Assembly (NCBI GenBank): GCA_016780665.1
Contig: JADHLM010000001.1
Coordinates: 1 to 50,664 of the forward strand
Length of the DNA stretch: 50,664 nucleotides
Direction: 5' to 3'
Source: Hyphomicrobiales bacterium
GTDB lineage: Bacteria > Pseudomonadota > Alphaproteobacteria > Rhizobiales > TMED25
The translations under genes and the position numbers were made by a program. Position 1 is the stretch's first letter. The number at the start of each line of letters is the position of its first letter. The notes under the pieces are model-generated. The model was given only the letters and a program-made list of their open reading frames with translations. It was not told the DNA's origin and did not search any database. Positions 1 to 10,016 of the stretch are shown here, in pieces.

Positions 1-42
1 AAAACTGCTCCATGGATTTGATATAATTAAATGAAAAAATAT

Positions 43-468
43 TCAAAAAATTAGTCCTAGCATTAGTGATAACAAAACAATAAGTGATATATTCCTTCTT
101 AATTCGAGATACCATCGATTCATTTTTTCTATCAATAGATACGCATAATCGATCCATAACAAAATAGTAAAGGCTACGAGGAAAATACTTTTAAAGTAGA
201 ACTGAAATATATATGCAAACCAAATACCCAGAATAATTACATTTGATAATATTAAAACATTTACTTTGTTATCATTATTCAATGACTGGCCCCAGTGAGA
301 ACCAGAAATAAAAGAAATTATCAATAATGAATATATATCTATAGAATTTGATATGATCTGCTCATAATTTTTTGGATAATCAAATATTGAATTTATCGCA
401 TAAATTATGAAAGGAATACCGCCAGAGTATGTAAGTAAGTATATTAATCTCTTTCTATTAACCACCAT
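43..468 (-). CDS. Small integral membrane protein, DUF3429-like
   Basis: 141-aa ORF with about four hydrophobic helices and a GSHWGQ motif. It lies 8 nt downstream of the photolyase-family gene on the same strand, a pairing I recall for DUF3429. Family assignment is from memory only. Confidence 0.5.
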   Translation of the reverse strand: MVVNRKRLIYLLTYSGGIPFIIYAINSIFDYPKNYEQIISNSIDIYSLLIISFISGSHWGQSLNNDNKVNVLILSNVIILGIWFAYIFQFYFKSIFLVAFTILLWIDYAYLLIEKMNRWYLELRRNISLIVLLSLMLGLIF

Positions 469-476
469 GAATTATC

Positions 477-1985
477 CTAAATCGTAGTGTTATTCTCTAT
501 GAATTCATTTGCCTTACTAACTATATTATCACGTCTGGAAGTGTCCATTTTATCGTATGATGAAACCATCAAAGACAGTCTTGGATTCTTTGAAAAAAAA
601 TCTCGATGTTTATTAATAAAACGCCAATATAGTCCATCCATCACTTCACACCAGTCACCCTTCTTGAAGTCCATCATTTTAAGTACGTAATTTGAACCAC
701 AAATGTATGGCTTTGTTGCAAAAATACCACCATCACTAAACAAACCCATTCCATATACATTGGGACCCATAACCCAATCAGATGAATCGACAAAAGCCTC
801 CATAAACCAATTGTGAACTTCAGTGGGTTTTATCTCACATAGATTCATAATATTGGATAAGATCATCAACCTTTCTATATGATGCGACCATCCCTCACTA
901 AAAGCATTTTTTATAGCATGATCCAGTGGATCTAAACCTGTATTTGCAGAATACCATGAAGATTTCATTGATCGATTATGCTGAAAGAAATTCCTATTTT
1001 CGAAGTCATTACTAAAATTCTGATAAATTCCTCTTATAAATTCTCGCCAACCAATAATTTGACGAATAAATCCTTCAAGTGAATTGATCTTAATTTCATG
1101 CTTCAAAGCAAAATCCATAGTCCTATCAATGATTTTAGTAGGGGTTATTAATCCTAGATTCATATATGTACTGAGAGTACTATGAAACAAAATATTATCT
1201 CTCTGGGTGACTGCATCTTCATAATCACCAAAATTATTTAACTTATTAAGTAAGAAAAAATCAAATATAGTCTCAACTTCATCTTCTGTTGTAGCAAACT
1301 TAAAGTTATTTGTGCTACCATGATGGTCAGAAAATCTTTGTTCAACAAATTGCTTTAAATCGTTAGTATGTTTTGTGATTAATATTTCTGGATATTTGGG
1401 TATCTCAACACTTGCTGGAATTTTTTTTCTATTTTCACTATCAAAACTCCATTTACCACCGATAGGCTTTGAATCCCTATCAATGAGTAGATTCATTTTA
1501 ATCCTTACTATCTTATAAAAAGATGCCATCTGAGGTCTATTCTTTGATAAAAAATCTTTAAAATCACTTCGTGTATTTAGAAACATCGGAGAAGTGATTT
1601 CTTCAAAAATTATATTATTTTCTGTGAGGTATGATTTGATGTTATTTTCAAAAAATTTATCTTCTATCTCAAAAAAGTATACTTTCTTTATGCTCTTCTC
1701 TCTGATAATACCGTCAAGCTTACGAATATAATCGTCTTCAAAAGATTCATGATCTTTGTCCAAATAAGTAATATCATAACCATTCTTGCTTAGCTTATCC
1801 GCATATGATCTCATCGCAGATAAAAATAATAATATTTTTTTCTTACTTGGTTTTAGATGCTTACACAAACCATAGTCTTCTGCCATAAAGAATATTGTAT
1901 CTTCTTTATATTGTGCGGTATGATGAAGAGGAAATAGTTGATTTCCAAGTATTATAAATAAATTCATTAAACTTTTAATTTTCAA
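477..1985 (-). CDS. Cryptochrome/photolyase-family protein, COG3046 / CryPro (FeS-BCP, (6-4) photolyase-related) type
   Basis: 502 aa. The C-terminal FAD-binding block has photolyase-like motifs GWREFIRGIY, WSHHIERLMILSN, GPNVYGMGLFSDGG and LYWRFI. Length and architecture match PhrB/CryB-type proteins. The real start may be the internal Met at 1967 (MNLFIILGNQLF). Confidence 0.8.
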   Translation of the reverse strand: MKIKSLMNLFIILGNQLFPLHHTAQYKEDTIFFMAEDYGLCKHLKPSKKKILLFLSAMRSYADKLSKNGYDITYLDKDHESFEDDYIRKLDGIIREKSIKKVYFFEIEDKFFENNIKSYLTENNIIFEEITSPMFLNTRSDFKDFLSKNRPQMASFYKIVRIKMNLLIDRDSKPIGGKWSFDSENRKKIPASVEIPKYPEILITKHTNDLKQFVEQRFSDHHGSTNNFKFATTEDEVETIFDFFLLNKLNNFGDYEDAVTQRDNILFHSTLSTYMNLGLITPTKIIDRTMDFALKHEIKINSLEGFIRQIIGWREFIRGIYQNFSNDFENRNFFQHNRSMKSSWYSANTGLDPLDHAIKNAFSEGWSHHIERLMILSNIMNLCEIKPTEVHNWFMEAFVDSSDWVMGPNVYGMGLFSDGGIFATKPYICGSNYVLKMMDFKKGDWCEVMDGLYWRFINKHRDFFSKNPRLSLMVSSYDKMDTSRRDNIVSKANEFIENNTTI

Positions 1986-2068
1986 TATTATCTAAAATTA
2001 AAAGAGTAACAAAATTTCTTTATACAAACAATTATATAGATTAGATCTAGTGTGTAAGAATAAATTAT

Positions 2069-2142
2069 TGGCTGGGGCGGCAGGATTCGAACCTGCGATC
2101 ACGGGATCAAAACCCGATGCCTTACCGCTTGGCTACGCCCCA
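2069..2142 (-). tRNA. tRNA-Gln (anticodon UUG), CCA encoded
   Basis: The reverse complement reads TGGGGCG-TA-GCCAAGCGGTAAGGC-A-TCGGG-TTTTGAT-CCCGT-GATC-GCAGGTTCGAATCCTGC-CGCCCCA-G-CCA. It forms a full cloverleaf with a 7-bp acceptor stem, a GGTTCGAATCC T-arm and anticodon loop TT-TTG-AT. It closely resembles E. coli tRNA-Gln and is a GC-rich island in an AT-rich spacer. Confidence 0.95.
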
Positions 2143-2237
2143 ATGTTCGCATATTACATAAGAAGATATAAATCTGGCTATGCGTATTGATGATACATTT
2201 GTATAATATCTTCTAATAAAAATAAATTAAAAAATAC

Positions 2238-3050
2238 ATGTCAATAAATATAAAAGTGATCACCGCCGATAATTCAGGACCCACAACCAATAATGGAACC
2301 AATACCTATGTTATAGGAGATCAGGAATTAATAATCATAGACCCTGGTCCAAGATCTGAGTCCCATTTTAGTAATATTAGAAAATATATTAACAATAGGC
2401 CTGTAAAGATGATTCTCATAACACATCATCATTTGGATCATATAGGATTATTAGCGGATTTATGTAACTTAACCGATGCAAAGATTTATCTTGATAAAAT
2501 ACAACTGAAGAAATTATTAGAAGTTTATCCCAATATTAAAAATCATACGAAAATACTAAATAAGAGTATTATATTTGCAAATATTATCATTGAACCAATA
2601 TATTCCCCAGGTCATGCATCAGATCATTTTTGTTTTAGAATCCCAGGTGAAGTGATTTTTACAGGTGATCATATCATGGGTTGGTCAACAACAATGATAA
2701 GAAAACCCGATGGAGATATGGGACAATATATTCAATCTTTAAATAAAATTAGTGAGTATAGTAAAGAAATTTTTCTCCCAGGACATGGAAATAAAATAGT
2801 CGATGGTCATAAACGTTGCAAAGAACTTATTGACCACAGGAATAAGAGATCAAATCAAATATTGCAAATTCTTGAAGAGAAAGATCTGGACGCACATGAT
2901 ATTACGAAGATCATTTATAAAAAAATTAGCAAGAAACTTATCACATATGCTGAACTGACGGTTGAAGCCAGTTTAGATGAAATGATCAATAGAAAACTTA
3001 TAAAAAGAAAATCCGTTGATAACAAATATATTTATTCAATCAGAACATAA
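2238..3050 (+). CDS. MBL-fold metallo-hydrolase (LACTB2/glyoxalase II-like)
   Basis: 270 aa with the HHHLDH (HxHxDH) metal-binding motif, downstream PGHASDH and LPGHG histidines, and a C-terminal helical tail. Confidence 0.85.
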   Translation: MSINIKVITADNSGPTTNNGTNTYVIGDQELIIIDPGPRSESHFSNIRKYINNRPVKMILITHHHLDHIGLLADLCNLTDAKIYLDKIQLKKLLEVYPNIKNHTKILNKSIIFANIIIEPIYSPGHASDHFCFRIPGEVIFTGDHIMGWSTTMIRKPDGDMGQYIQSLNKISEYSKEIFLPGHGNKIVDGHKRCKELIDHRNKRSNQILQILEEKDLDAHDITKIIYKKISKKLITYAELTVEASLDEMINRKLIKRKSVDNKYIYSIRT

Positions 3051-3056
3051 TATTTC

Positions 3057-3668
3057 TTATGGATATAAGTAATTTTTTGTCCAAACATTACTATCAAGTT
3101 TAAATCTTAATCTTTGATGCAATCGAAATTCAGAGTTTAACCAAAACTCAACCTCAGATGGAATTAACCTAAAACCGACCCAATAATCTGGTCGAGTTAG
3201 ATCTTTATTCTCATTTTCTTTTGAATATTTTTCATATTCTTCAGCAAAAGTTTTTGGACTCTCAAGTATTGATGATTGTTTGCTAACAATAGCACCAATC
3301 CTGCTCCCACGAGGTCTCGAATTAAAATATGAGTCCGACTCCGCACTATTTATTATTGAAACTTTTCCCTTAAACCTCACTTGTTTTCTTATACTTTTCC
3401 AATGAAAACATATGGCTGCATTACTGTTTTGATCTAGCTCAACACCTTTTTGACTGTTGTTATTGGTATAAAACACTAGCCCCGTGTCAACTCCTTTAAG
3501 TAGAACCATTCTGACATTTGGAAAGCCTTCTTTGTTTGCTGTTGCTAGTGCCATAGCATTGGGATCGTTTATCTCCAATTTTTTTGCTTCCTCAAACCAA
3601 CTATTAAAAAGTTCAAGTGGATCAGAGTAGTTTAATTCTTGTTTATTAAATCCTTGGTAAGTATTCAT
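3057..3668 (-). CDS. pdxH: Pyridoxamine 5'-phosphate oxidase
   Basis: 203 aa. Motifs seen are PNVRMVLLKG, RKQVRFKG, SRPRGSRIGA and the C-terminal VEFWLNSEFRLHQRLRF, typical of PdxH. Confidence 0.93.
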   Translation of the reverse strand: MNTYQGFNKQELNYSDPLELFNSWFEEAKKLEINDPNAMALATANKEGFPNVRMVLLKGVDTGLVFYTNNNSQKGVELDQNSNAAICFHWKSIRKQVRFKGKVSIINSAESDSYFNSRPRGSRIGAIVSKQSSILESPKTFAEEYEKYSKENENKDLTRPDYWVGFRLIPSEVEFWLNSEFRLHQRLRFKLDSNVWTKNYLYP

Positions 3669-3747
3669 AGTTTAATCTTATCATGTAGTTGTCATGATTA
3701 CTTTATTATAATAATATTATTTAATAATTAATTGGTATGAATTAAAT

Positions 3748-4566
3748 ATGAACACAAATTTTAATCAAAAATTGATGCAAGGAAAAAGAGGTTTGGTTAT
3801 GGGAGTAGCCAATAATCGATCTATTGCATGGGGTATAGCTAAAGCGCTGCATAATGCTGGAGCGGAACTTGCTTTTAGTTACCAAGGTGAAGCAATTGAA
3901 AAAAGAATTAACCCGCTTGCAAAAGAACTTGATTCAGATATTACTATCGAATGTGATGTTTCTGATGAAAAATCTATTATCAATCTTATTAAAAAATTAG
4001 AAAATGTATGGGGGAAGATAGACTTCTTAGTCCACGCTATAGCCTACTCAGATAAAAATGAACTAACTGGAAGATATATTGAAACTTCTAAAGAAAACTT
4101 TATACAAACAATGCATATTTCATGTTACTCGTTTACATCAATACTAAAACATGCAGAGAGAATATTAAATCCAAATGCTTCCATGGTAACCCTTACATAC
4201 TCTGGTGCTGAGAGAGTCATGCCACATTATAATGTAATGGGAGTAGCGAAAGCGGGCTTAGAGGCCTCAGTAAAATATTTGAGCGTTGATATGGGTAAAA
4301 ATGGTACACGAGTTAACGCAATATCAGCAGGGCCAATAAAAACATTAGCTGCGTCTGGGATTGGAGACTTCAGATATATTCTAAAATGGAATGAATACAA
4401 TTCACCATTAAGACGAACAGTTGATATTGAAGATGTCGGTAATGCAGCTATTTATTTATTGTCAGACCTCAGCAAATCAGTAACAGGCGAAATCCTTCAT
4501 GTTGATGCAGGCTATAATATTGTAGGTATGAAGAACGAGGAAGCCCCGGATATCACGGTGACTTAG
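3748..4566 (+). CDS. fabI: Enoyl-[acyl-carrier-protein] reductase (NADH)
   Basis: 272 aa. It has the GVANNRSIAWGIAK N-terminal dinucleotide fold, the Tyr-x6-Lys catalytic pair in YNVMGVAKAGLE, and ISAGPIKTLAASGI. Confidence 0.95.
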   Translation: MNTNFNQKLMQGKRGLVMGVANNRSIAWGIAKALHNAGAELAFSYQGEAIEKRINPLAKELDSDITIECDVSDEKSIINLIKKLENVWGKIDFLVHAIAYSDKNELTGRYIETSKENFIQTMHISCYSFTSILKHAERILNPNASMVTLTYSGAERVMPHYNVMGVAKAGLEASVKYLSVDMGKNGTRVNAISAGPIKTLAASGIGDFRYILKWNEYNSPLRRTVDIEDVGNAAIYLLSDLSKSVTGEILHVDAGYNIVGMKNEEAPDITVT

Positions 4567-4575
4567 GAAAAGTGA

Positions 4576-5658
4576 ATGTCGCATAATACATTTGGTAAAA
4601 TGTTACGATTGACTACATGGGGTGAAAGTCATGGAGAAGCAATTGGTTGTGTTTTGGATGGATGTCCTCCAAATATTGAAATATCACTCAGTCAAATTCA
4701 AAAATATCTTGATAAACGTAAACCAGGGCAGTCCAAGTTTACTACTCAAAGAAAAGAAGATGATATAGTAGAGATTTTATCGGGAACAATTAGAAATGGT
4801 GAAGATAAATTTATAACCACAGGAACACCAATTTCGCTAATTATCAAAAATAAAGACCAAAGGTCAAAAGATTATAATGATATTACCGATAAATACAGAC
4901 CAGGGCATGCTGATTTTACATACGCAAAAAAATATGGTTTGAGGGAACACCGCGGTGGTGGTCGATCTTCTGCGCGAGAGACAGCAATGCGTGTTGCTGG
5001 CGGAGCAATAGCAAGGAAAATTATACCCGAAATTAAAATTAGAGCTGCTCTAATTCAAATGGGGCCAAATAAAATTAAAAGAGAAAATTGGGACTGGAAT
5101 TTAATAGATAATAATCCATTTTTCTGCCCTGATAAGGATGCTATACCAATATGGCAAGATTATCTTGAGAAGATACGAAAAGATGGTGACTCTACAGGCG
5201 CTATAATTGAAGTTGTTGCAGAAAACGTCCCTATTGGTCTTGGTGAACCAATTTATGGTAAATTAGATCAAGAAATTGCAGCTGCCATGATGTCTATAAA
5301 TGCTGTAAAAGCGGTTGAAATTGGTGCAGGTTTTAAAACGGCTGAGATGAATGGTAGTGAAAATGCCGATGAGATTATTATTGATAATAATAATATCAAA
5401 TTTTTATCCAATAATGCAGGTGGTATTTTGGGAGGAATATCAACCGGACAAGACATCATTGCCAGATTTGCAGTAAAACCGACGTCCTCAATACTCAAAA
5501 AGGTACGCACGATAGATAGTGAAAATAATAATACGGATATAATAACAAAGGGAAGACATGACCCTTGTGTCGGCATTAGGGCAGTACCTATTGGTGAGGC
5601 TATGATGGCACTTGTACTTGCGGATCATTATCTAAGGAATAGAGGTCAAATAGGATAA
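4576..5658 (+). CDS. aroC: Chorismate synthase
   Basis: 360 aa with [27 protein letters not shown] and GRHDPCVG signature blocks. Confidence 0.97.
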   Translation: MSHNTFGKMLRLTTWGESHGEAIGCVLDGCPPNIEISLSQIQKYLDKRKPGQSKFTTQRKEDDIVEILSGTIRNGEDKFITTGTPISLIIKNKDQRSKDYNDITDKYRPGHADFTYAKKYGLREHRGGGRSSARETAMRVAGGAIARKIIPEIKIRAALIQMGPNKIKRENWDWNLIDNNPFFCPDKDAIPIWQDYLEKIRKDGDSTGAIIEVVAENVPIGLGEPIYGKLDQEIAAAMMSINAVKAVEIGAGFKTAEMNGSENADEIIIDNNNIKFLSNNAGGILGGISTGQDIIARFAVKPTSSILKKVRTIDSENNNTDIITKGRHDPCVGIRAVPIGEAMMALVLADHYLRNRGQIG

Positions 5659-5664
5659 ATTAAT

Positions 5665-6408
5665 TTATTCTTTTTCTGCAAAGATTAACCATTCTTCATT
5701 CCCGTCTTTTCCCAAAAGAGGTGATTTAAATATTTTTATCTCTGAAAAATTCCTCAATTTAAGTAATAATATGAATTTGTTGATTGAATTCCATGTAAGT
5801 TGACTATTTTTCACAATACCTTTCTTATTAACTTCGTTAATACCAACTTCAAATTGAGGTTTGAAGAGAATGTAAAAATAAGATCCTTTTTTTGAATATA
5901 TAAGAATATCATTCAGTGCTTTAGCTAAACTAATAAAGCTTAGATCTACACTAATCAAATCTGCAGATGATATAAGATCTTTGTCTAAATCTCTAACGTC
6001 CATTTTTTCCATATTTATTACTTTGGAGTTTTCTCTTATCAAAGAGTCTAATTGATTAGAACCTACATCGATCGCGTAAACCTTTTTAGAACCAAATTCC
6101 AGAAGAACTTGAGTAAATCCTCCCGTCGACGCTCCAAGGTCTAAACAGACATAATTTGATATATTTTTATGGGTCTTTTCTAGAAGATATTTTAATTTGC
6201 TCGCAGATCTTGAAACATATACTTTATAATTTTTTTTGATTTCAACTCTGTCGCCTAAAGCAATTTTCTTACTGATTTTTTTTTCAATCTTGCCGTTTAC
6301 AATAATACCACTAGATTGTATTGCGTTTGCAGCAGAATTTCTTGACTTGAAGAATCTATTTTCTACTAACCAAATATCCAATCTTTGATTTGATTGACTA
6401 CCTGTCAT
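5665..6408 (-). CDS. tlyA: TlyA-family rRNA 2'-O-methyltransferase (haemolysin A-like)
   Basis: 247 aa with an N-terminal S4 RNA-binding region ([22 protein letters not shown]), the SAM motif [15 protein letters not shown] and DLSFISL. It overlaps the dxs stop by 11 nt. Confidence 0.9.
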   Translation of the reverse strand: MTGSQSNQRLDIWLVENRFFKSRNSAANAIQSSGIIVNGKIEKKISKKIALGDRVEIKKNYKVYVSRSASKLKYLLEKTHKNISNYVCLDLGASTGGFTQVLLEFGSKKVYAIDVGSNQLDSLIRENSKVINMEKMDVRDLDKDLISSADLISVDLSFISLAKALNDILIYSKKGSYFYILFKPQFEVGINEVNKKGIVKNSQLTWNSINKFILLLKLRNFSEIKIFKSPLLGKDGNEEWLIFAEKE

Positions 6409-8284
6409 CTATCATTTGTTGAATATTTTTTACTATACTAGTTGAGTCAAGACCAGCTTCCTTTAATTGGTTTGCTTGAGTATCATGATCAATAAATTTA
6501 TCTGGCATCATTAAATTTTTATAATCCAGGTTTTTATATAAGCCTAAATCTTGAATAAATTTTGTTACTTGAGCCGAAAAGCCACCAATTGAACCTTCTT
6601 CAACAGTTAGGATGTATTTGTGTGATTTAATATTATCTTGCAATAAATCAGTGTCTAATGGTTTGGCAAATCTAGCATCAATTAATGTTGGGTAGATATT
6701 TATTTTATTTAGAGATTCAATAGCCTCCATACACTCTTTTAGTATCGAGCCAAATGATATAATCAATACTTCATTTCCTTTGACTATCATGCGACCTTTT
6801 CCAATTGGAATTTTATTAATGTTATTAGGGAACTCAACACCAATACCATTCCCACGAGGATAGCGAAAGGCAATGGGTCCATCATTGTAATCAACCGCAG
6901 TTTTGACCATCCTTGCTAATTCCAATTCATCTGAAGGTGCCATTACTACAAAATTAGGGATAGAAGAGAGATACATAATATCAAATGCACCAGCATGTGT
7001 TGCTCCATCCTCACCAACCAACCCCGCTCTGTCTATAGCAAATCTGACTGGTAAATTTTGGATTCCAACATCATGAATAATTTGATCATATGCTCTTTGG
7101 AGAAATGTTGAATAAATAGCACAGAATGGCTTAAACTTGTCAGTTGCAAGACCAGCCGCAAATGTTACTGCATGCTGTTCTGCTATCCCAACATCAATAT
7201 ATCTATCTGGAAATTTATATTGAAATGCATCAAGACCTGTTCCGGCTGGCATTGCTGCAGTAATTGCTATAATTTTATTATCCAGTGCTGCTTCATGTAT
7301 TAATTGATCTGAAAAGACTTTTGTATATGTAGGAATATTTGATGGTTTTTTTTCTTGTATGCCTGTATCTACATTAAATTTTGATACTCCATGATATTTA
7401 TCTGCTGAATTCTCAGCAGGTGAATATCCCTTTCCTTTCTTGGTGACAACATGAACAAGAATTGGACCATCGTTATGTGACTTAACATTTTTCAATATTG
7501 GAAGTAGATGATTGAAATTATGTCCATCTATTGGTCCCACATAGTAAAATCCAAGCTCTTCGAATAAAGTTCCTCCTGTAAAGAAACTTCTCCCATGCCC
7601 TTCAACTTTTTGTAAAATCTTCTTCATTGCATCTGGAAGATGTCTTATAATCCTTTTTGCGTAATTTCTAAAACCTCGATAAAATCCTCCAGATATTAAT
7701 TTCGCTAGATAAGCACTCATGGCTCCTACGGGTTGTGCAATTGACATGTCATTATCGTTCAGTATAACAATTAATTTATTTTTCATTGCTCCAGCATTAT
7801 TTAGTGCTTCAAATGCCATCCCCGCACTCATAGCACCATCTCCAATAACAGAAATTATGTTATAGTCTTCTTTCTGTATATCTCGTGCAATACTCATACC
7901 AAGTCCTGATGATATTGATGTAGATGAATGTGCTGCTCCAAATGGATCATATTCACTTTCTGATCTTTTTGTAAAACCAGATATACCTCCTCCAGCCCTT
8001 AGCGTGCGCATTTGCTTTCGTCTTCCAGTAAGAATTTTATGTGGATATGATTGATGCCCTACATCCCAAATAATTCGGTCATGTGGGGTATTGAAAACGT
8101 AATGTAATGCAATAGTTAACTCAACAACACCTAACCCTGCCCCTAGATGCCCTCCAGTCTGAGAAACAATTTCAATTAGTTCATTTCTTACTTCATTTGC
8201 AAGATTTGGTAAGTCTTTTTCATCTAATTTTCTAAGAATTGATGGATCATCAATTTTATCTAGATAAGGCGTTGTGTTCATCAA
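6398..8284 (-). CDS. dxs: 1-deoxy-D-xylulose-5-phosphate synthase
   Basis: 628 aa with [14 protein letters not shown], the [18 protein letters not shown] thiamine-diphosphate motif, [17 protein letters not shown] and [13 protein letters not shown]. Confidence 0.97.
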   Translation of the reverse strand: MMNTTPYLDKIDDPSILRKLDEKDLPNLANEVRNELIEIVSQTGGHLGAGLGVVELTIALHYVFNTPHDRIIWDVGHQSYPHKILTGRRKQMRTLRAGGGISGFTKRSESEYDPFGAAHSSTSISSGLGMSIARDIQKEDYNIISVIGDGAMSAGMAFEALNNAGAMKNKLIVILNDNDMSIAQPVGAMSAYLAKLISGGFYRGFRNYAKRIIRHLPDAMKKILQKVEGHGRSFFTGGTLFEELGFYYVGPIDGHNFNHLLPILKNVKSHNDGPILVHVVTKKGKGYSPAENSADKYHGVSKFNVDTGIQEKKPSNIPTYTKVFSDQLIHEAALDNKIIAITAAMPAGTGLDAFQYKFPDRYIDVGIAEQHAVTFAAGLATDKFKPFCAIYSTFLQRAYDQIIHDVGIQNLPVRFAIDRAGLVGEDGATHAGAFDIMYLSSIPNFVVMAPSDELELARMVKTAVDYNDGPIAFRYPRGNGIGVEFPNNINKIPIGKGRMIVKGNEVLIISFGSILKECMEAIESLNKINIYPTLIDARFAKPLDTDLLQDNIKSHKYILTVEEGSIGGFSAQVTKFIQDLGLYKNLDYKNLMMPDKFIDHDTQANQLKEAGLDSTSIVKNIQQMIDDR

Positions 8285-8550
8285 TGATCACTTTCATCTG
8301 ATAAGCTTATATCCTTTTCACTGATTATCTCACCTTTTTTGTCAATCTTAATTGCCTTGATTCTAGACTCTGCGTTTTCTAGGAGTTCTTTACAATGTTT
8401 TGCAAGTTTTGAACCGTATTCAAATTTCTCTACTGATTCGGATAATTTTACATCACCGCTTTCCAAGCCCTCAATGATTTCATTTAATTGATCCATAGCC
8501 TCCTCAAAATCAAGTGTGCTTATATCAGAAAGATTTGATTTTTTGTTCAT
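8281..8550 (-). CDS. xseB: Exodeoxyribonuclease VII small subunit
   Basis: 89-aa acidic helical protein ([39 protein letters not shown]). It shares 4 nt with dxs, and xseB-dxs is a classical linkage. Confidence 0.85.
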   Translation of the reverse strand: MNKKSNLSDISTLDFEEAMDQLNEIIEGLESGDVKLSESVEKFEYGSKLAKHCKELLENAESRIKAIKIDKKGEIISEKDISLSDESDH

Positions 8551-8644
8551 TGCTTTAACCTATTCTCTTGATAATAAATAATTATTGATTTTGACTAAAC
8601 AGTATAAAACTATATATAAATATTTTGATTGAGTTAATAAAAAA

Positions 8645-9586
8645 ATGAAAAAAACTATTTATAAACCAAACAATTATAGTCTTAATAAAGCGATAGAAGT
8701 ATTGAATCAGTCCGGGGTTATAGGTTTTCCTACAGAGACTGTCTATGGACTTGGTGGCAACGCATATTCAGATAATGCAATAAATAAGATATATGATATA
8801 AAAAATAGACCCAAAATAAATCCCTTAATTATACATGTCTCTAGTTTTAAACTAGCTGAGACTCTTGGTGAATTTACTGATACTGCAAAAAAGATTGCAT
8901 TACAATTTTGGCCAGGGCCACTAACCATTTTACTTAATAGTAAAGCCAATAATGGCATCTCAGAAATTGCGACTGCAGGACTTAATTCAATTGCAATTAG
9001 GATTCCTTCAAATAAAATCGCTAATCTTTTATTAGAAAAATTTGGTAAGCCAATTGCAGCACCGAGCGCAAATCTGTCTGGTACAGTCAGTTCTACAAGC
9101 GCTTCTCATATTTATGATGATTTTGGAAATCAAATTGACATGATAATTGATGATGGACCATGCTTGCATGGCATAGAATCAACCATCATTGACGCCCGCA
9201 CTCATAAACTTAAAATATTGAGAGAAGGCAGTATTACAAAAGAAAATATTTTTAGAAAAACAAAATTAATTATAAATGAGACCTCAGAGAAGAAAATTAT
9301 TGTACCAGGCCAATTGGAAAAACATTATGCACCAAAGGCATCGCTTAGAATAAATGTTAAAGAGCCGGATAAAGATGAGTTTTATATTACAATAGGAAAG
9401 AGTGATAATTTTACCAACTCTATTAATTTATCACCAAATGCAGATTTATCTGAATTTGCTAATAAGATATATTCGGCTTTAAGAGAGCTAGATGATAGAA
9501 AAATCAAGAAAATTGCGATAGCTCCAATACCTAATTCCGGCATTGGAGAGGCAATTAATGATAGGCTAAAGAGAGCTTCAAAATAA
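8645..9586 (+). CDS. tsaC: L-threonylcarbamoyladenylate synthase (Sua5/YwlC/TsaC type, t6A)
   Basis: 313 aa with PTETVYGLGGNA, KNRPKINPLIIH, APSANLSG, and a C-terminal Sua5 domain. Confidence 0.92.
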   Translation: MKKTIYKPNNYSLNKAIEVLNQSGVIGFPTETVYGLGGNAYSDNAINKIYDIKNRPKINPLIIHVSSFKLAETLGEFTDTAKKIALQFWPGPLTILLNSKANNGISEIATAGLNSIAIRIPSNKIANLLLEKFGKPIAAPSANLSGTVSSTSASHIYDDFGNQIDMIIDDGPCLHGIESTIIDARTHKLKILREGSITKENIFRKTKLIINETSEKKIIVPGQLEKHYAPKASLRINVKEPDKDEFYITIGKSDNFTNSINLSPNADLSEFANKIYSALRELDDRKIKKIAIAPIPNSGIGEAINDRLKRASK

Positions 9587-9598
9587 TTACAATTAACC

Positions 9599-10012
9599 AT
9601 GATTAAAAGAGATTACCCAGATAGACCAATTAGTGCAGTTGCAGGTGTCATAGTTCATAATCAGAATATATTGTTAGTAAAGAAAAATGCTGATGATAAT
9701 ATATGGAGTATGCCCGGAGGTGCTGTAGAACTTGGAGAGACTCTCCAAAGCGCACTGATAAGGGAAATACATGAAGAAACCTCCATTGATGTTAATGTTC
9801 TAGGATTAATTACAAATTCTAATGTAATTAGGGTTGATGATGAAAATAATATCAGATTACATTATGTTCTATCAGTATATGAATGTTCATACATCAGAGG
9901 AGAGCCAAATTTTGGTGACGATGTGATAGATGCTTCTTGGCACAAACTGGCTGATCTAAATCAGTTAAAACTAATTGATGGAGCTCGTGATATTATTAAG
10001 GGTTATCTATAA
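9599..10012 (+). CDS. NUDIX hydrolase
   Basis: 137 aa with the Nudix box GGAVELGETLQSALIREIHEETSI (Gx5Ex7REUxEExGU). Confidence 0.85.
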   Translation: MIKRDYPDRPISAVAGVIVHNQNILLVKKNADDNIWSMPGGAVELGETLQSALIREIHEETSIDVNVLGLITNSNVIRVDDENNIRLHYVLSVYECSYIRGEPNFGDDVIDASWHKLADLNQLKLIDGARDIIKGYL

Positions 10013-10016
10013 TAAC

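Noticed and set aside
1-13. Possible minus-strand start codon (CAT at 11-13, reading MEQF... off the left edge), downstream of the DUF3429-like gene.
   Set aside because: Only four codons lie inside the window, so it cannot be supported as a feature.
2140-2170. dif-like sequence TGTTCGCATATTACATAAGAAGATATAAAT next to the tRNA-Gln 5' end. The left arm resembles the XerC half-site GGTGCGCATAA.
   Set aside because: Only about 8/11 positions match in the left arm and about 5/11 in the right arm. It lacks the arm-to-arm inverted symmetry of a real dif site. It most likely just overlaps the tRNA promoter region.
3680-3698. Inverted repeat ATCATG-N7-CATGAT in the pdxH/fabI divergent spacer.
   Set aside because: With only 6-bp arms, such matches are expected by chance in a 50-kb AT-rich sequence. 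There is no supporting evidence of function.
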